A stretch of 43,270 nucleotides of DNA from a virus. Position numbers and translations under genes: made by a program. Shown here piece by piece: positions 40,699 through 43,270 of the stretch (positions are counted from its first letter, which is position 1; the number at the start of each line of letters is the position of its first letter). The notes under the pieces were generated by a model that saw only the letters and a program-made list of their open reading frames with translations, was not told where the DNA came from and searched no databases. The DNA lies in IMG/VR virus record IMGVR_UViG_3300034069_000622, positions 1 to 43,270 of that record, one strand, 5' to 3'.

Positions 40699-40781
40699 GT
40701 ATAGGCAAGACCCAAGCCAGGCCAGATCGTGTTTAGGAGGTTTGGTGACGCGGCCACCGTCGATTTTTTATACGACCGTGC

Positions 40782-41276
40782 TCATAACCGGAGCGCACTT
40801 TTGACCCGGCGGCGGCGTTCGGACGGAAGGTGCGCGCGCAGAAAGACTGCGGCTTCCGTATCGCCAAGTACACCCCAATGCGCCCACGCCTTTTGCAATT
40901 GCTCAAGGCTGTCTACGCAAACCGCAAAGGCGTGGCATTCGATCTTGCCGAGAAGGAAGTCGCGTTGTGCGGGCCGGAGCGAGCTGCGCTTGCCCGGAGC
41001 CTTCGCCTCGATGAAGACAGCTTGCCCTTTCGGAGATGCCGCGACCAGGTCCGACATGCCCGTCGTCGTCATGCCGCGCAGGTAGCGCCCCGCGCGCGCG
41101 GAGTAAACCGCCTTCGATTCGACCACGTGGACGGAAAAACCTTCCGCCACGAGCCAGTCGTAACAAGGCTTTACGACGAGATCGAACTCAGGGCTCTTGT
41201 TTTTTCGCCCCTGAGCCCGCGGCTTCTTCGGCCTCAGGTAATTGTGTAGTGCAGCAAGTGTCTCGTCTCGACCCAT
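40782..41276 (-). CDS. VRR-NUC domain nuclease (PD-(D/E)xK superfamily)
   Basis: GMSDLVAASPKGQAVFIEAKAPGKRSSLRPAQRDFL fits the VRR-NUC core (G.pDl ... fiE.K ... g.ls..Q). ATG at 41274..41276 with GGAGA 5 nt upstream. Confidence 0.7.
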   Translation of the reverse strand: MGRDETLAALHNYLRPKKPRAQGRKNKSPEFDLVVKPCYDWLVAEGFSVHVVESKAVYSARAGRYLRGMTTTGMSDLVAASPKGQAVFIEAKAPGKRSSLRPAQRDFLLGKIECHAFAVCVDSLEQLQKAWAHWGVLGDTEAAVFLRAHLPSERRRRVKSALRL

Positions 41277-41466
41277 CGGCGTCTCCTGCCACGCGCGCCC
41301 GGTACTCGGCAAGCTGGCGTTGGCGGTCCTTCGCAATCAGGAGCATGTGCTCGAGGTGTTTGATCTCGACGTCCGGGGGCGCCGGCTGATCCTTCTCGCC
41401 CTTGTTCAGCGAACTCACGCAGACCGTGAAGAACCTGTACACCGCCTGGTAAACTAAACCTATCAT
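41188..41466 (-). CDS. Hypothetical protein (92 aa), first gene of the leftward early operon; 3' end overlaps the VRR-NUC gene by 89 nt
   Basis: ATG start. GC3 is high down to about 41276. The true stop and the overlap are uncertain. Confidence 0.4.
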   Translation of the reverse strand: MIGLVYQAVYRFFTVCVSSLNKGEKDQPAPPDVEIKHLEHMLLIAKDRQRQLAEYRARVAGDADGSRRDTCCTTQLPEAEEAAGSGAKKQEP

Positions 41467-41514
41467 CCAATTAGCGTGGCAGGGCGCGCGTGATCGTGCA
41501 ACAAAACGGACACC

Positions 41515-41697
41515 ATGCTGAACCGCAGTTTGCTTGAACTTGGTGCCACAATTTCCTTGAGTCTGGTCGCCGCCGTAGGTGTCGTGACGCCGATCGCTCG
41601 CGCGTTCGGCATGAGCTCGGTCGAAAGACTTGCGTTCGGCATCTTATCCGGCGTGCTGTCGGCATTTCTGGCCCGCTGGTGGGTGAGGTCGCTGTGA
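41515..41697 (+). CDS. Possible small membrane protein (60 aa) in the divergent early control region
   Basis: ATG start and two hydrophobic segments (ISLSLVAAVGVVTPIA, FGILSGVLSAFLARWWV). GC3 is moderate and there is no SD. Confidence 0.35.
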   Translation: MLNRSLLELGATISLSLVAAVGVVTPIARAFGMSSVERLAFGILSGVLSAFLARWWVRSL

Positions 41698-41744
41698 ACG
41701 GACCACGAGCTGATAGTCCCTGATGTATTGTACGAAACCCTCTG

Positions 41745-41774
41745 TTCATGCGGGTTTTGTGACTTTTGTATAAT
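41745..41774 (+). promoter_or_regulatory. Candidate rightward early promoter
   Basis: Perfect -10 TATAAT at 41769..41774, immediately preceded by TG. Weak -35 TTCATG at 41745..41750 (18-nt spacer). Lies about 30 nt upstream of the Gp157-like ATG and its GGAGG. Confidence 0.45.
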
Positions 41775-41804
41775 GAATGTAGTGTAGGGGGAGGGGCGAG
41801 ACGA

Positions 41805-42344
41805 ATGGTCAACAAAAACCTTATCGCGCTGGCGGCGGAAGTCGCGGCTCTTGAACGCGCTCTGCTCGAAAGCGGGGGCGAACTCCCTCCGGATCTCGAA
41901 GCTACTTTTGATCTCACGACCGGAAACCTGCGCGCCAAAGTGGACCGCTACCGCTCCGTCATCGACGCCTTCGAAGCGCGCGCGAAATACTTCGCCGACC
42001 TCAAAGCGCAGGCGAAAGCCGCGCAGGAAACGTTCGAAACCCAAGTCGAAAGACTGAAAGGGCGCCTTCGTCACGCCATGACCTCGTCGGGCGAGACCGA
42101 ACTTCAGGGCAACGATTGGCGCTACGTGCTCGCGCACGGGAAAGAAAAACTCGTCATCAAGGATAGTTTACCGCCCGAGTATTTGATCGAGAAGGTGACA
42201 CTCGAACCTGATAAAGAATCAATACGGACGGCGCTCGAGATGGGGTTTGCCGTGCCGGGGGCGGAGCTCGTCGAGTCGACGTCGCTCCGGGCGTACGTAA
42301 ATCTCGCGGGCCGCGCGCGCGAAGTGAAGGAGATTGAAAAGTGA
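41805..42344 (+). CDS. Gp157-like protein (Siphovirus Gp157 family)
   Basis: N-terminal coiled coil (LIALAAEVAALERALLESGGELPPDLEATFDL ... KVDRYRSVIDAFEARAKYFADLKAQAKAAQ) and a C-terminal part, WRYVLAHGKEKLVIKDSLPPEYLIEKVTLEPDKESIRTALEMGFAVPGAEL, that matches the family pattern. Paired with ERF, as is common. Confidence 0.6.
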   Translation: MVNKNLIALAAEVAALERALLESGGELPPDLEATFDLTTGNLRAKVDRYRSVIDAFEARAKYFADLKAQAKAAQETFETQVERLKGRLRHAMTSSGETELQGNDWRYVLAHGKEKLVIKDSLPPEYLIEKVTLEPDKESIRTALEMGFAVPGAELVESTSLRAYVNLAGRAREVKEIEK

Positions 42345-43102
42345 CGAAGCCAGAAATACCCGCGGGCACGGTGACGCTCGGCCCCCCTGAGAACGGACTG
42401 ATCTTCCCGGCCATTGCGGACGTGATGAAGAAGATGTCGGCGGTTCCGAAAGACGGCGTCAACCAGCAGCAGCGGTTCAAATTTCAACAGCTGTCCTCGA
42501 TTTACAACGCGCTCCACTCGGTGCTCGCCGAGTGTGGGGTCTTTACGGTGCCGACCGTTCTCGATTTCGAGCGGACCGAAAAGGCGACGAAGTCAGGCGG
42601 AACGCTGACCTACACAGTCGCGCGCATCCGCTTCACGTTCTTCGCCTCCGACGGCTCGAGCTTCGAGGCCGTGACGATCGGCGAGGGGTCGGACTCGGGC
42701 GACAAGTCGGCGAACAAATCAATGTCGGCCGCGCACAAGTACGCGCTGATCCAGGTGTTCGCCATCCCGACGAAGGACATCGAGGACTCGGACCGCGAGT
42801 CCCCCGCCCTGGCCGATGACCCGGACGCGGACCCGATCGCCGCGGCGGGCCCCTCGAAGATCCAGAAGCCCGGGGCGACGCCTGCGCAGCAGATCGCCGC
42901 GGTAGTCAAAGAGCGCGGGTTCTCGAAGCAGGTCGTCGGTCTCATGTGCCGGATGTGGTTCCCGAAACTAAACGACCTGAACGGCTTGAACGATAAGGAG
43001 TTGGCGGACGCGGTCAGCTACTTCCGGACTCACACGGAAGAAGACATGCAGCAGGCGCTCAAAGCAGCCGAGGCCAGGCGCCAGGCCCCGCCCGGACCCT
43101 AA
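42341..43102 (+). CDS. erf: ERF-family single-strand annealing recombinase
   Basis: VPKDGVNQQQRFKFQQLSSIYNALHSVLAECGVF ... GDKSANKSMSAAHKYALIQVFAIPTKDIEDSD follows the ERF core pattern (Kd..n...kfkY..l..i ... gsa.tYa.Ry.l...f.i...dDdD). GTG start in a GTGA overlap, with AAGGAG upstream. Confidence 0.75.
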   Translation: MTKPEIPAGTVTLGPPENGLIFPAIADVMKKMSAVPKDGVNQQQRFKFQQLSSIYNALHSVLAECGVFTVPTVLDFERTEKATKSGGTLTYTVARIRFTFFASDGSSFEAVTIGEGSDSGDKSANKSMSAAHKYALIQVFAIPTKDIEDSDRESPALADDPDADPIAAAGPSKIQKPGATPAQQIAAVVKERGFSKQVVGLMCRMWFPKLNDLNGLNDKELADAVSYFRTHTEEDMQQALKAAEARRQAPPGP

Positions 43103-43270
43103 ATTCCGAGCCGCGCCAGCACGCCCGTCGCCGCGAGCAGCCTCACCGCGAGGATGATCGTCAGGACGATGACGGCGACCCGCGGGAAAGGGTCCGGGAC
43201 CTTACCCTGGAGTAGGCCCACGGCCCAGACGAGGGCCGCGTACAGCATGATCGTGACGAACAGTTCAGCT
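43099..43270 (-). CDS. Small two-TM membrane protein (59 aa, class II holin-like topology) spanning the circular junction; 5' end continues at window positions 28..35
   Basis: Reading the minus strand from ATG (33..35) through the 27-nt overlap to TAG (43099..43101) gives MTLAELFVTIMLYAALVWAVGLLQGKVPDPFPRVAVIVLTIILAVRLLAATGVLARLGI. This is 180 nt in frame, with very high GC3 and GAAAGG upstream. Confidence 0.55.
   Translation of the reverse strand, partial: AELFVTIMLYAALVWAVGLLQGKVPDPFPRVAVIVLTIILAVRLLAATGVLARLGI
43244..43270. repeat. Terminal direct repeat, copy 2 (identical to 1..27)
   Basis: See copy 1. Confidence 0.95.

Noticed and set aside
41200-41205. An A6 run (T6 on the plus strand) in the overlap between ORF 41188..41466 and the VRR-NUC gene, considered as a programmed frameshift site fusing the two.
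   Set aside because: The VRR-NUC frame is +1 relative to the upstream ORF, and the run does not form an X XXY YYZ heptamer in the upstream frame. The VRR-NUC gene has its own ATG with a GGAGA SD at 41276. The extent of the overlap remains uncertain.

Overview
The window looks like a complete, circularly closed genome of a GC-rich tailed phage. Its first 27 nt are identical to its last 27 nt, so the unique length is about 43,243 bp. Nearly all genes lie on the minus strand and are packed very tightly, and most neighbours share ATGA, GTGA, TTGA or TGATG stop/start overlaps.

Reading the minus strand from high to low coordinates:
- An early/replication block (41466 to 31749) of small ORFs. It includes a VRR-NUC nuclease, a replisome organizer, a DnaB-like helicase, a four-gene tandem paralog array, a 2OG-Fe(II)-oxygenase-like protein and an orphan DUF2384-type antitoxin domain.
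- A packaging block: TerS, a CsrA-like 60-aa protein, a Zn-ribbon micro-ORF, TerL, an HNH endonuclease and a small HTH protein.
- An ~840-nt coding-free region (26920..27758).
- A T7/BPP-1-like podovirus virion module: GNAT, portal, scaffold, major capsid, decoration-like protein, gp11/gp12-like tail tube, three internal virion proteins including a 2684-aa giant with an HExxH motif, and two tail fibres.
- A lysis cassette ending in a GH19-type endolysin.

Plus-strand genes are few: a Gp157-like/ERF recombination pair, a homing-endonuclease-like gene inserted next to the capsid gene, and three small ORFs. I found no DNA or RNA polymerase, integrase, repressor, tRNA, CRISPR array or reverse transcriptase.

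The most unusual feature is the G-skewed, motif-punctuated non-coding region at 26920..27758, which could be a large structured RNA or a pac/ori-type element. Next come the phage CsrA homolog, the giant polyvalent-type ejection protein with a low-GC insert, and the tandem paralog array. All functional calls rest on reading the translations and on remembered family motifs; no searches were run.
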